DNA from: Rubricoccaceae bacterium
GTDB taxonomy: Bacteria; Bacteroidota; Rhodothermia; Rhodothermales; Rubricoccaceae
Length of the DNA stretch: 64,000 bases
Reading direction: 5' to 3'
NCBI GenBank assembly: GCA_963757585.1
Contig: CAVWRT010000003.1
Span: forward strand, 5,521 to 69,520
Below, piece after piece: positions 44,085 to 53,846 of this stretch. A program made the position numbers and the translations under genes. How positions within the stretch are numbered: position 1 is the first letter of the stretch; the number at the start of each line of letters is the position of its first letter. The notes beneath the pieces were generated by a model. The model was not told the DNA's origin and searched no databases. It was given only the letters and a program-made list of their open reading frames with translations.

Positions 44085-46493
44085 CTAACCTTCGGAGCCG
44101 TCGGCGCGCTGAGGGCCGACGCTGTGCTCGATCAGGTCCAGGATGCGCGCCAGCTTGTCTGCCCACGACGCCGGCTCGCGGTAGCCGTGCGGCTCGACGG
44201 GCGCCAGGGCCAGCTCCCAGTCGCGCTTGCCCAGCTCGATCAGGCGCTGGCTGAGCCGGAAGATGTCCTGAGGCTGGACGTTGTCGTCCACCAAGCCGTG
44301 CGTCATCAGGAGCGGGTCCTGGAGCCCGGCGGCGAACTCGATGGGCGACGAGCGTAGGTAGGCCTCGGGGTCTTGGACCGGCGTGTTGAGGATGTTGCGG
44401 GTGTAGGTGTCGTTGTAGTGCGCCCAGTCGGTGACCGACCGCATGGCCGCGCCGCCGCCGAAGTGCTCGGGCTCGGTGAACAGCGCCATCAGCGTCAAGA
44501 AGCCGCCGTACGAGCCGCCGTAGATCGCGACGCGCTCCGGCTCGATGCCGAACTCGCGCCCGACGTAGCCGCTCGCGTCCACGTAGTCCTGCAGGTCGCG
44601 CCCGCCCATGTGGCGGTAGACGGCGGCCCGCCAGTCGCGGCCGTAGCCGGCCGAGGCGCGGTAGTCGACGTCGAGCACCAGGTAGCCGCGCTCGGCCAGC
44701 AGGTGGTGGAACTGGTACTCGCGGAAGTAGCCGCTCCACCAGCGGTGCGCGTTCTGCAGGTAGCCCGCGCCGTGGACGAACAGGACGGCCGCGCCGTTGG
44801 GCTGGGCGCCGACGTCCTGGGGCCGGTAGATCCGCGCCGGGACGCGGGCGCCGTCCGAGGCCGGGATCTCGACGATCTCGGCCTCGCGCCACGGGTAGGC
44901 CCGCCACGCCTCCGACGTGGACTCGGTGACGCGCACCGGCGCCGCGCCGCCCGCCAGGTCGCCGAGGCGGGCGACGTAGACCTCGGGGGGCGCGTCCGAC
45001 GCCGAGTGCAGCAGCGCCAGGCGGCGGCCGTCGGGTGCGACGGCCGCGTCCCAGCGCCCGACCGCGTGCGTCAGTCGCTCGCGGTGGGCGAACCCGCCCG
45101 GTGCCGACGGCATCCGCCAGATGTGGCGCTGGCCCAGGTCGCCCTCGGAGGTCTGCAGCAGCCAGGTGGCGCCGTCCTCCGTGAGCGTGGCGCTCTCGAC
45201 CTCGAACGCGCCCTCGGTCAGCGCCTCGACCGCGCCGTCGCGCCCGACCGCGTAGAGGTGGCTCCAGCCCGTCCGCTCGGAGTGGAACCAGAAGCGGCCG
45301 TCGGGCAGCCAGCCGACCGACGAGGCGCCGCCCCACCACGCGATGCCGGGCCCGGCGAGCCAGGCCTCGTCGCGCTGGCGGTCCAGGCTCGTGACCGCGC
45401 CCACCTCGGTGCCCAGGCGGGCCGGGTCGAGACGGGCGATCCAGCGGTCCTTGTTGTCGACCGTGCGGATGTCGAGCACGGCCCAGCGCCCGTCCGGGCT
45501 CCAGTACGGGCCGACGGGAAGAAACTGGCGGACCGAGTCGGCCGTCGCGCCGCGCTCGCGCGCGTAGTCGGCGGGGTCCTGGGCGCCAGGCAGCGCCGAC
45601 AGGTCGACGGCGTACGTCGTGTCGCGCTCCAGGTCCTGCACGAACAGCGCCGCGCCCGTCCGCGGAGCGCCCACCTTGGGGCGCGCCTGGATCTCGCGCG
45701 CGACGCCGGTCTCGGTGACGTAGTCGACCAGCAGCGTCCGCTCCGGCTCGTCGTCGGTCGAGAGCGTGAACGCCACGAACCGACCGCGCGGGCCGACGGA
45801 CAGCTGCCCGACAGACTGGTCGCCGATCCAGAACGTCGGCGGGGCGTCCGGGTCGAGCGCGTCGCGCTCGCGCGCGGCTTGGCTGAGCGAATCCCGCTCG
45901 ACGCGGTCGCGGACGGTGTCGAGCAGCCGGCGCTGCTGGTCGCGCAGGTACCGGTCTTGGTCGGAGACCGCAGGCTCGGGCCGCTCCGCGCCCTCGCGCA
46001 GATCAGTGATCTGCGCCACTCCCAGCCCGTCGGCGCGGACGAGCGCGTCGCCTTGGCGGTAGACCAGGCTCCCGTCGCGCAGAAACACCGGGTCCGACTC
46101 GCGCGCCGACGTGCGCGTCACGCGGTCCGACTGGCCCGAATCGACGTCCAGCACCCAGATGTCCCCGCCTCGGGCGAACGCCCGGCGACGCCGGTCGGGG
46201 GCGTAGGCCCGGTCGGTGGCCCAGCCGTCGTAGCGCGGGGGCAGCAGCCGGCGCGTGGCGGCCGGGACGAGTTCCGGGTCTCCGCCGTCAGGCGCGACGC
46301 GGTAGAGCGAGTCGGCGGCAAAGGCGCCGCCGGGATTCCACTCGAAGTAGACCGCGTCGCCCGCGTCGGTCCAAAACGGCTCCGACGGCCAGGCGCCGAT
46401 CCAGGTCTCCGGCCGCTGGGTGATCTGCTCGACGGTGAGCTGGGCCGAGGCCGGGGCTGCGGCGAAAAGGGCGAGGACGACGAGCGAGCGCAT
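44085..46493 (-). CDS. Secreted S9-family (DPP IV-like) peptidase
   Basis: Signal peptide; beta-propeller; VHGAGY, GGSYGG nucleophile, HGLVDDNV, EPHGY. Confidence 0.92.
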   Translation of the reverse strand: MRSLVVLALFAAAPASAQLTVEQITQRPETWIGAWPSEPFWTDAGDAVYFEWNPGGAFAADSLYRVAPDGGDPELVPAATRRLLPPRYDGWATDRAYAPDRRRRAFARGGDIWVLDVDSGQSDRVTRTSARESDPVFLRDGSLVYRQGDALVRADGLGVAQITDLREGAERPEPAVSDQDRYLRDQQRRLLDTVRDRVERDSLSQAARERDALDPDAPPTFWIGDQSVGQLSVGPRGRFVAFTLSTDDEPERTLLVDYVTETGVAREIQARPKVGAPRTGAALFVQDLERDTTYAVDLSALPGAQDPADYARERGATADSVRQFLPVGPYWSPDGRWAVLDIRTVDNKDRWIARLDPARLGTEVGAVTSLDRQRDEAWLAGPGIAWWGGASSVGWLPDGRFWFHSERTGWSHLYAVGRDGAVEALTEGAFEVESATLTEDGATWLLQTSEGDLGQRHIWRMPSAPGGFAHRERLTHAVGRWDAAVAPDGRRLALLHSASDAPPEVYVARLGDLAGGAAPVRVTESTSEAWRAYPWREAEIVEIPASDGARVPARIYRPQDVGAQPNGAAVLFVHGAGYLQNAHRWWSGYFREYQFHHLLAERGYLVLDVDYRASAGYGRDWRAAVYRHMGGRDLQDYVDASGYVGREFGIEPERVAIYGGSYGGFLTLMALFTEPEHFGGGAAMRSVTDWAHYNDTYTRNILNTPVQDPEAYLRSSPIEFAAGLQDPLLMTHGLVDDNVQPQDIFRLSQRLIELGKRDWELALAPVEPHGYREPASWADKLARILDLIEHSVGPQRADGSEG

Positions 46494-46549
46494 GAGCAGG
46501 CGGGGTGCGGAAGACGCAAGCTCCGCCCGGATCGCGCCCGGCGCCACTG

Positions 46550-47236
46550 CTAGGGCGTGCCCACGGTCAGGCTCAGCGACACGTGGTTAAACCGGAAGTC
46601 GCCGCTCAGCCGGACCGCGCCGCCCAGCGCCGACACGGAGTCGTCCGAGAACGGCGTCAGCGACAGGCCGCCGCGAAGCTCGGGCGCCAGGCTCACGCCG
46701 CCCAGGTCGAAGCGCGCGCCGACCGACCCGCCCAGGGCCAGGTGGTTGCGGTTCACGTCGCCCAGGACCGCCAGCAGGCCTTCGCGCGGGCTGCCCTCGT
46801 CCAGCACCACGCGCAGCTCGGGCCCGATGCCCACCACGAGCTCGGCGCCGCCGGCCGGCTGGCGGTACGTCACCTCGCCCGAGACGACGGCGAACTCCAG
46901 GTCCACGCTGCGCTGGCTGAACAGCGACGCCCCGTCGAACACGTCGCTCGCGCTGAGGTAGCCGGCGCCGACGCGCCCGCCCCAGACCGGCCCGCGAACG
47001 TCGACGCGGACGCGCGCGTCGATGCCCACCGACGTGGCAAAGTCGACGCGGCTGAGCGGGATGGGGACTCCCGCCGCCGCGACGGTGCCGCTGGCGCCCA
47101 GAGAGGTCAGGCTGGGACCGGCCGACAGGTCGGCGCCGACGGTGATCTGGGCCCGTGCCGAGACGGCCACGATGGCGAACGCGACCCAGACTCTGGCACT
47201 CCAGAGCAGGACCGAGGCGGGCAGAGTCGAGGGCAT
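46550..47236 (-). CDS. Outer-membrane beta-barrel-like protein
   Basis: Signal peptide, amphipathic strands (GGSVGARFDLGGVSLAPELR, HVSLSLTVG); paralogous to neighbour. Confidence 0.65.
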   Translation of the reverse strand: MPSTLPASVLLWSARVWVAFAIVAVSARAQITVGADLSAGPSLTSLGASGTVAAAGVPIPLSRVDFATSVGIDARVRVDVRGPVWGGRVGAGYLSASDVFDGASLFSQRSVDLEFAVVSGEVTYRQPAGGAELVVGIGPELRVVLDEGSPREGLLAVLGDVNRNHLALGGSVGARFDLGGVSLAPELRGGLSLTPFSDDSVSALGGAVRLSGDFRFNHVSLSLTVGTP

Positions 47237-47284
47237 GGGACGTCGGGAGAGGAGGCTGTGCATGCGCGGCGGCGCCCGGCGTTC

Positions 47285-47938
47285 CTACAGCCCTCCAAAC
47301 ACGATCCCGACGAGGAGCGTGTCCACGTCGAAGTCGTCGAACCGCAGCGTGCCGCCGTCGTCCAGCGCGATGTCGTTGCCGCCGCCGACGCCCGTCAGGT
47401 CGAGCGCGTAGCGGACCTCGGGCCCCAGGCGCACGCCGAACAGGTCCAGGCGCAGGCCCGCGCCGAGGTTGGCGGCGGCGCTCAGCAGGTCGGCGCCGTC
47501 GCGCAGGTCGGAGACGCGCGCGACGTCGCCGGAGAGGTCGACGAGGTAGCGCGCCTCGGGCCCGCCGAAGACGTAGGCCTGGAGCGGCCCCAGCGACCGC
47601 ACGTACTGAAGGTCGAGTTGGAGCGTGACGAAGCTGGTCTCCAGCGCCTGTCGGTTGAGGGTGTTCTCGCCGTCGTAGAGCGCGGCCGTGTTCAAAAACC
47701 GCCCGCCCACGCGGACGCCAAGGGGCCCGTTGCGCAGCGACACGCCCAGCCCGCCCTGCACGCCGACGGTGACCGGCGTCACGAACCGGCCGTCCGCGAT
47801 CAGCGGCCCGTTGGAGACGCCGACGTCCGGGTCCCCGGTCCAGGCGACGGTGGGGCCCAGGCTGAGGTCGGCCCGCACCTGGCCCGAGGCGGGCAGGGTC
47901 GCGAGAGCCGCCAGCACGGCGAGGAGGAGGGGGCGCAT
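47285..47938 (-). CDS. Outer-membrane beta-barrel-like protein (PorT/OmpA-like 8-strand)
   Basis: Signal peptide, YVFGGPE, NLGAGLRLD...GPEVRYALDLT, LLVGIVFG. Confidence 0.7.
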   Translation of the reverse strand: MRPLLLAVLAALATLPASGQVRADLSLGPTVAWTGDPDVGVSNGPLIADGRFVTPVTVGVQGGLGVSLRNGPLGVRVGGRFLNTAALYDGENTLNRQALETSFVTLQLDLQYVRSLGPLQAYVFGGPEARYLVDLSGDVARVSDLRDGADLLSAAANLGAGLRLDLFGVRLGPEVRYALDLTGVGGGNDIALDDGGTLRFDDFDVDTLLVGIVFGGL

Positions 47939-48017
47939 GGCATCCGGGGGGAAGAGAGACGCAAGAACGCTCCGGGAGGCGCTCCGTGCCATCTCTCGGC
48001 GGTCGTGTCCCGGCGCG

Positions 48018-48641
48018 TTACCAGTCGCCGTCGGTGTCGAGCAGGGCGCGGCGGCGCGCCTCGATCAACTCCGCGCGGCGCGCCTGGCGCTCGGCGAGCG
48101 CGTCCTCGATCTCGTCCGCCTGGGTAGCCAGCTCGGCGGCGCGGTCGCGCAAGGCGTCGGCGCGCTCGCGGCGGGCGTGGGCTCGGACCTCGAACAGCTC
48201 GTCCAGGGTGGCGTCCAGCTCCGCCTCGGCGTCGCGGCGGGCCCGGCCGTCGGACTGGCGGGCGGTCTCGGCGTGGGCGCGCGCGCGCGCCTCCAACTCG
48301 CGCATCCGGTCTCGCGTCTCGGCCGAGGCGCCCTGGGCGTCGAGCATCTGCTCGATCACGGTCTCTCCGTCGTCCGAGCGGAACAGGGCCCGGGAGCTTT
48401 CCACGGCTCCCTCCATCATGGCCTCCAGGCGTTCGCGGTCCGGGATCCTGACCTCGACGATGCGCTCGTCGCCCGCGCCGCGGCGCAGGATCACGCGGCG
48501 CCCGTCGCGGTCCTCGTCCACCTCGACCCCGACGGCGACGCTGTCCACCTCGATCACCACGTCGGGACGGTCGCGGGTGTCGGTTTGGGCGGCCGCCGGC
48601 ACGGCCAGCGCGGCGAGGGCGGGGAGCAGGAGAAGGCGCAT
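48018..48641 (-). CDS. Secreted coiled-coil hypothetical protein
   Basis: Signal peptide MRLLLLPALAALAVPAAA; helical Glu/Arg/Ala-rich C-terminal half. Confidence 0.7.
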   Translation of the reverse strand: MRLLLLPALAALAVPAAAQTDTRDRPDVVIEVDSVAVGVEVDEDRDGRRVILRRGAGDERIVEVRIPDRERLEAMMEGAVESSRALFRSDDGETVIEQMLDAQGASAETRDRMRELEARARAHAETARQSDGRARRDAEAELDATLDELFEVRAHARRERADALRDRAAELATQADEIEDALAERQARRAELIEARRRALLDTDGDW

Positions 48642-48702
48642 GGGGAGTCCGTCGGGTGGGTCCGCTACAACGCCGAGGCGGGCCGTTCCGTGCTCGGCTC
48701 GG

Positions 48703-50196
48703 TCAGACGACGGTGTCGGGCAGGTCCAGGCCCTGGCGCAGCGACACGAAGCGGTCGTGCAGGTCGGTGCGCTGGACCTGGAGCCGGGCGAGCACGTCGC
48801 GCCGCTGGCGCCGCAGCAGCCGCACGCGCAGCGCCCGCACGCCGTCGCGCGTCAGCTCGCCCCAGCGCAGCGCGAGCGCCCCGCCGGCCGCGCTCAGCAC
48901 CAACATGGCGACGCCGGCCGCCAGCGGCGCGTCCGGCAGCCCGGGGAACGCGTCGTGCAGACGCGCCGCGCCCAGGCCCGCGGCAACCGCCGCCACGAGC
49001 CAGGCGAGTGGGTAGAGCACCACGCCGCCCATGATCTTGATGGTGGCCGTGTCCTTGTCGGCGCTCGCGAGCCGGCGGGCGATGGCGTTCAGGAGCACGA
49101 ACGGCGGCACGTTGACCACGAACCCCAGGACCAGAATCGGCGGCAGCAGCACGGCCAAGAGCACGAGTTGGATGCCGAAGATGACGCCCAGCAGCGGGTG
49201 GAGGCGGGGCGGCCGGTCGAGGTCGGCGTCGGTCATGCCGGAGGCGCGCAGCAGCCGGTCGTAGTCGGTCATGTCGCGGCGCAGCGCCTGGATCTGGTCC
49301 GGATGCGACTGCAGGCGCGCTTGGTAGCCCGTCCAGATCTGGTGGAAGCCGCGCGCCCGGGCCCGGGCCGACAGCGGCTCCGACCGGATGCCCAGGCGCA
49401 CGTCGTCCTCGGCGCGCATCAGCGCGTACGCCCGGTGCATCAGCCGGTGCAGCGCCCAGTCCTCGGTGGGGCGGACGGCCTCCACCAGCGCCGCCTCGAT
49501 GCGCGCCGTGAGCACGCGCGCCGGGTCGCTGTCCGCCTCGGTGCCCTCCGCCTCGGTGCCCTCCGCCTCGGCAGCATCGGCGGACGTGCCGGGCGCCTCG
49601 CCGAGGCGGGCGGAGCCGAGCAGGTCGCCAAGCTCCAGCGGCGGGTGGAACGCGACCACCACGTCCGACCGGAACAGGTCTTTGCGGTCGTAGTGCAGGC
49701 CGACGGGCACGATCACCGGTGCCACCTCGGCGTCCTGCGCCGCGCGCAGAAACAGCCGCGCGGCCCCGGTCTTGACGTCGGACAAAAACGGCGCGTCGTG
49801 GCTGACGCCCTCGGGAAAGAGCGCCGCAAAGCGGCCGTCGCGGATGGCGCCGGCGAGGGCGGCCAGGCTCTGGTCGTTGGCCGCGCGGCGCGCGCCGGGG
49901 TCGTCCGGCGAGTCCTGGGCGCGGTAGATCGGGACGGTGCCCAGCCCTCGCATCAGCCGCCCGATCAGCGGCCAGCGGAGCAGCCCGTGCCGCGCCCCGA
50001 ACACGACCTGGACCGGCGCCGAGGCCAGGATCAGCGCGGGGTCGACGATGCCGTTGGGGTGCCACGCGACCAGCAGCCCGCCCCGGTCGCGCGGCACGTT
50101 CTCGGTGCCCTCGACCGCGATCGTGCGGAAGAACACGCCCGTGAGCCCGCGCACGAGCCCGCGCAGGAAGCGGTAGACCAGAGGCGCGCGCGACAT
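48703..50196 (-). CDS. Lysophospholipid acyltransferase (PlsC-like) with C-terminal TM helices
   Basis: HX4D-like WHPNGIVDP, PIYR, FPEGVSH, KTGAAR, IVPVGLHY. Confidence 0.88.
   Translation of the reverse strand: MSRAPLVYRFLRGLVRGLTGVFFRTIAVEGTENVPRDRGGLLVAWHPNGIVDPALILASAPVQVVFGARHGLLRWPLIGRLMRGLGTVPIYRAQDSPDDPGARRAANDQSLAALAGAIRDGRFAALFPEGVSHDAPFLSDVKTGAARLFLRAAQDAEVAPVIVPVGLHYDRKDLFRSDVVVAFHPPLELGDLLGSARLGEAPGTSADAAEAEGTEAEGTEADSDPARVLTARIEAALVEAVRPTEDWALHRLMHRAYALMRAEDDVRLGIRSEPLSARARARGFHQIWTGYQARLQSHPDQIQALRRDMTDYDRLLRASGMTDADLDRPPRLHPLLGVIFGIQLVLLAVLLPPILVLGFVVNVPPFVLLNAIARRLASADKDTATIKIMGGVVLYPLAWLVAAVAAGLGAARLHDAFPGLPDAPLAAGVAMLVLSAAGGALALRWGELTRDGVRALRVRLLRRQRRDVLARLQVQRTDLHDRFVSLRQGLDLPDTVV
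49532..49572 (+). repeat. 15-bp coding tandem repeat TCCGCCTCGGTGCCC x2.7 (EAEGT on minus strand)
   Basis: Read directly; each unit contains CCGCCTCGG. Confidence 0.88.
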
Positions 50197-50263
50197 GGCG
50201 TAAACCTAGCCCCGCCCGCGTTGTGCAGCAGGTCGGCGGTTGCCGCGCCCGAGGCGGGCGGAG

Positions 50264-52477
50264 CTAGAGCGCGGCCTCTCTGGGGTCGCCGTTGTGGACC
50301 AGCAGCACGGTCCCGGCCGCCTCGGTGAGCGCGGCCAGGCCCTCGCCGTAGGCGTCGGCGCTTTCGGTCGAGGGGCGCTGCATGCCCAGAACCGTCAGGT
50401 CGGCCGAGCCGCTGTGCTCGGCGACGATCTCGGAGAACGGCCGGCCCGGGTCGCCGCGCACGATGACCTCGACCTCGGCGTCGACGCGGACGGCGTCCAG
50501 CAGCCGCACCGTCTCGGCGCGGACCGCCTCGACGGCCTCGGGCCGGCCCACCATGCGCAGCACGCGCAGCCGCGCGCCGTCCCACTGGCGGTGCCGCCGG
50601 ACCAGGTGCGCCAGGATCAGCATCAGGTCTCCGTTGCCGCCGCGCCCGCCCCACCACACGTCGATGGACTGGCGCTCGCCGAAGCCGCGCTCGTCGTCGA
50701 CGTGGAGGAAGAGGACTGACTTGCCCAGGTCGGCCAGGTCGCGCAGCACGCGCAGCAGCAGGCCGCGCCCGCCGGCGGTGCCGCTCCAGCCCATCAGGAT
50801 GGCGTTCGCCTCCAGCCGCCCGATGCCGTGGCTCTGGGCGACCGCGACGGCGCCCGAGGCAAAGTCCGGCACGATCTGGGCCTCGGCGAACGCCGTCATG
50901 TGGCGCTCGCGGATGTACTCCCGGATCCGCTCGCGCGCCTTGGCCCGCAGGCCCGGCTTGTTGGGGTCCTCGATGGCGCCCGTGATCAACTGGCTGAACG
51001 TGACCACGCCCTGGCCCAGGCTGAGCCAGTCGGCGAGCGCGACCAGGCGCTCGCGGTTGTGCGGCTGGCCGGTAAACACCATCAGGTTGGGCCGCCAGTT
51101 GCGCGCGTCCCCGGCGCCGCCGCGCTCCAGCTTCAACAGGGCGAAGCGGGCCAGCGACGTCCAGACGCCCGAGCGGACGTCGCCCCAGGCGCCTGCCAGG
51201 GCGCGGCGGCGCAGCCCGAAGTAGATGCCGTACGTGATCACGATCGCCGCGACCGTGGCCGGCGCGTTGATCAGGAACATGGCGCCGTAGCACCCCAGCG
51301 CGCCGAGCGCCGGTACAAGCGTCGGCACGGCGAACGTGGGCCGGAAGCTCGGGTTGCCGACCGCCTTCTCGATGGCGGCCACCAGGTTGACCATGCCGTA
51401 GGTGTTCAAAAAGAACATCGTGATGATGGGCGCGACCACGTCGAGGTCGCCGGCCCAGATCACGGCCACGGCCACGGCCCCGGTCAGCAAGACCGCCGCG
51501 CGCGGCTCGGTCGGGCTGCCCATCTGGCCGGCCATCCAGCGCGGCACCACGTCGTCGCTCGACACGGCCTGCAGCGTGCGCGGCGCGGCGAGCACGCTGC
51601 CGAGCGCGCTCGACAGCGTGCTCGCGGCCACGCCCGCCAGGATCAGCACGCCCACCAGCGCCACCTCGGACATCGCGGCCGTGTTGCGCACCAACTCCTC
51701 GGCCGTGTAGTGCGTCGCAAACCAGATCGCAGCGGAGACGTAGATCACGGACGTAACCAGAATCGAGGCGATCGTGCCGATGGGGATGCTCCGGGACGGG
51801 TCCTTGAGGTCGCCGGAGAGCGAGATGCCAACCTCGATGCCGGTCACGGCCGGGAAGAACACCGCGAAGACGGCCCAGAAGGGGACGGCTTCGAGCCCCG
51901 CCGCCGCCGCCGAGGCCTCCGTCAGGCCGCTCGTGGGGGTGCTGATGTCCCCCCAGCCGCCGGCGAAGAACGACACCAGCGCCGCGATCAGAATCGCCAG
52001 GATGCCGAACTGGATCTTGAGCGCAAAGTCCGCCCCGATCCAGGCGATGGCTACAAAGCCCAGCACGACGATCGAGGCAAAGATCTGGGGGTCGAAGGCG
52101 GCCAGAAACGGGACGGCCTCCATCGCCTCCACAAAGCCGATCACGTAGAACGCCACCGAGATCGCCTGCGACAGGTAGAGCGGAATGCCGATGGCGCCGC
52201 CGATCTCCAGGCCCAGCGAGCGCGAGATGAGGTAGTAGTTGCCGCCCGCCTTGACGTCCATGCTGGTGGCGATCGACGACAGCGACAGCCCGGTCAGCAG
52301 CGAGATGGCGTTGGCCATCCCGATGATGATGAGCGCGCCCCACAGCCCCGCCTGGCCCACGACCCAGCCCGTCCTCAAGAACAGGATGATGCCCAGAATC
52401 GTGAGCACGTTGGGCGTGAACACGCCGGCGAACGTGCCGAAGCGGCCGGCGGTGGGGGCGAGTCGAGCGTCTGCCAT
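50264..52477 (-). CDS. APC-superfamily permease, cation-chloride cotransporter (SLC12-like)
   Basis: FGTFAGVFTP...ILGIILFLR, GGNYYLISRSLG, FFPAVTG, SGDLKDP, NWRPN, IDVWWGG. Confidence 0.9.
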   Translation of the reverse strand: MADARLAPTAGRFGTFAGVFTPNVLTILGIILFLRTGWVVGQAGLWGALIIIGMANAISLLTGLSLSSIATSMDVKAGGNYYLISRSLGLEIGGAIGIPLYLSQAISVAFYVIGFVEAMEAVPFLAAFDPQIFASIVVLGFVAIAWIGADFALKIQFGILAILIAALVSFFAGGWGDISTPTSGLTEASAAAAGLEAVPFWAVFAVFFPAVTGIEVGISLSGDLKDPSRSIPIGTIASILVTSVIYVSAAIWFATHYTAEELVRNTAAMSEVALVGVLILAGVAASTLSSALGSVLAAPRTLQAVSSDDVVPRWMAGQMGSPTEPRAAVLLTGAVAVAVIWAGDLDVVAPIITMFFLNTYGMVNLVAAIEKAVGNPSFRPTFAVPTLVPALGALGCYGAMFLINAPATVAAIVITYGIYFGLRRRALAGAWGDVRSGVWTSLARFALLKLERGGAGDARNWRPNLMVFTGQPHNRERLVALADWLSLGQGVVTFSQLITGAIEDPNKPGLRAKARERIREYIRERHMTAFAEAQIVPDFASGAVAVAQSHGIGRLEANAILMGWSGTAGGRGLLLRVLRDLADLGKSVLFLHVDDERGFGERQSIDVWWGGRGGNGDLMLILAHLVRRHRQWDGARLRVLRMVGRPEAVEAVRAETVRLLDAVRVDAEVEVIVRGDPGRPFSEIVAEHSGSADLTVLGMQRPSTESADAYGEGLAALTEAAGTVLLVHNGDPREAAL

Positions 52478-52689
52478 CGTGGAGGGGTGAACCGCCGGAA
52501 CGTAGCCACGGCGCTCCGCTGCGGCCGCTCGAAGGCGCGCCGTCGCCCCGAGCCCTCACGCGGTCTCAGAGGCTTGGGACGGGCACCCAGCGAAACGGGG
52601 CGGCCTCCGACGAGACCGCCCCGCTGGGCTGAGGTCCTCCGCCTCGGCAGCTACGTCGCCGGAGCCGCCGAGGTGGGGCGAGCCGGAGG

Positions 52690-53628
52690 TCAGGCGTCGT
52701 CCTTGGGCAGGTTCTCGTAGGCGCCAATCACCTCGCGGACGTGGTCCCCCGACGACTGCATGTCCGACTTCTCCTTGTCGTTGAGGTCCAGCTCCACGAT
52801 CTCCTCGATGCCGTTCTTGCCCAACCGCACCGGGACGCCGATGAACATGTCTTGCAGGCCGTACTGGCCCGTCACCCAGGCCGCGGCCGGCAGCACGCGG
52901 TTCGAGTCCTTGACGATGGCCTCGACCATCTCGGCCGCGCCGGCGCCCGGCGCGTACCACGCCGACGTGCCCATGAGCTTGACGATCTCGCCGCCGCCCT
53001 TCTTGGTGCGCTCGATGATCTCGTCCAAGCGCGCCTCCTCGATGAGGTTGGTCACCGGCTGGCTGCCGACCGTCGTGAAGCGCGGCAGCGGCGTCATCGA
53101 GTCGCCGTGGCCGCCGAGCAGCATCGCGTTGATGTCGCGAATGGACACGCCCAGCTCCATCTTCAGGAACGCGCGGTAGCGCGCCGTGTCGAGCACGCCG
53201 GCCATGCCCATCACGCGCTGGCTCGGGAAGCCGGACTCCATGTAGGCGACGTAGGTCATGACGTCGAGCGGGTTCGAGACCACGATGATGATCGTGTTCG
53301 GGCTGTGCTCGGCCACCTGGCGCGTGACCGAGGCCACGATCTGCGAGTTGACCTTGAGCAGGTCGTCGCGGCTCATGCCGTCCTTGCGCGGAAGCCCCGC
53401 CGTGATCACCGTCACGTCCGAGTCGGCGGTGATCGAGTAGTCGTCGCCGCCCTCGATCACGGTGTCGAAGCCGTGGATCGGGGCCGACTCCATCAGGTCG
53501 AGCGCCTTGCCCCGTGCCGTGCCAGGGTTGATGTCGATAAGGGCGATGTTCTGGACGATGTCCATGCGCGCGACGCACTCGGCGACCGTTGCGCCGACGT
53601 TGCCCGCGCCTACCACGGTGAGCTTCAT
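52690..53628 (-). CDS. mdh: Malate dehydrogenase (LDH-like)
   Basis: VVGAGNVG, TAGLPRKDGMSRDDL, VSNPLD, LDTAR, GGHGD, SAWYAP. Confidence 0.96.
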   Translation of the reverse strand: MKLTVVGAGNVGATVAECVARMDIVQNIALIDINPGTARGKALDLMESAPIHGFDTVIEGGDDYSITADSDVTVITAGLPRKDGMSRDDLLKVNSQIVASVTRQVAEHSPNTIIIVVSNPLDVMTYVAYMESGFPSQRVMGMAGVLDTARYRAFLKMELGVSIRDINAMLLGGHGDSMTPLPRFTTVGSQPVTNLIEEARLDEIIERTKKGGGEIVKLMGTSAWYAPGAGAAEMVEAIVKDSNRVLPAAAWVTGQYGLQDMFIGVPVRLGKNGIEEIVELDLNDKEKSDMQSSGDHVREVIGAYENLPKDDA

Positions 53629-53846
53629 GTTTCGAGGGGTTGGGGGAGGGGAAAGGCGAAATACGCCGGACCGGCGGCGCCGTTCGGTCAGGATACCGGA
53701 CCACGCCGCCCGACCGGGGCGGGAGGCCTCGGATTCGGGACGAAGACCGCCGGCGTCACCGTGGCGTTTCACAGTGGCGTTACAGAGGCGTTCGATTCTG
53801 AGAGACGCGCGTGAGTAGCCTCCACCGTCCCCGCCCCACCGTTCCC

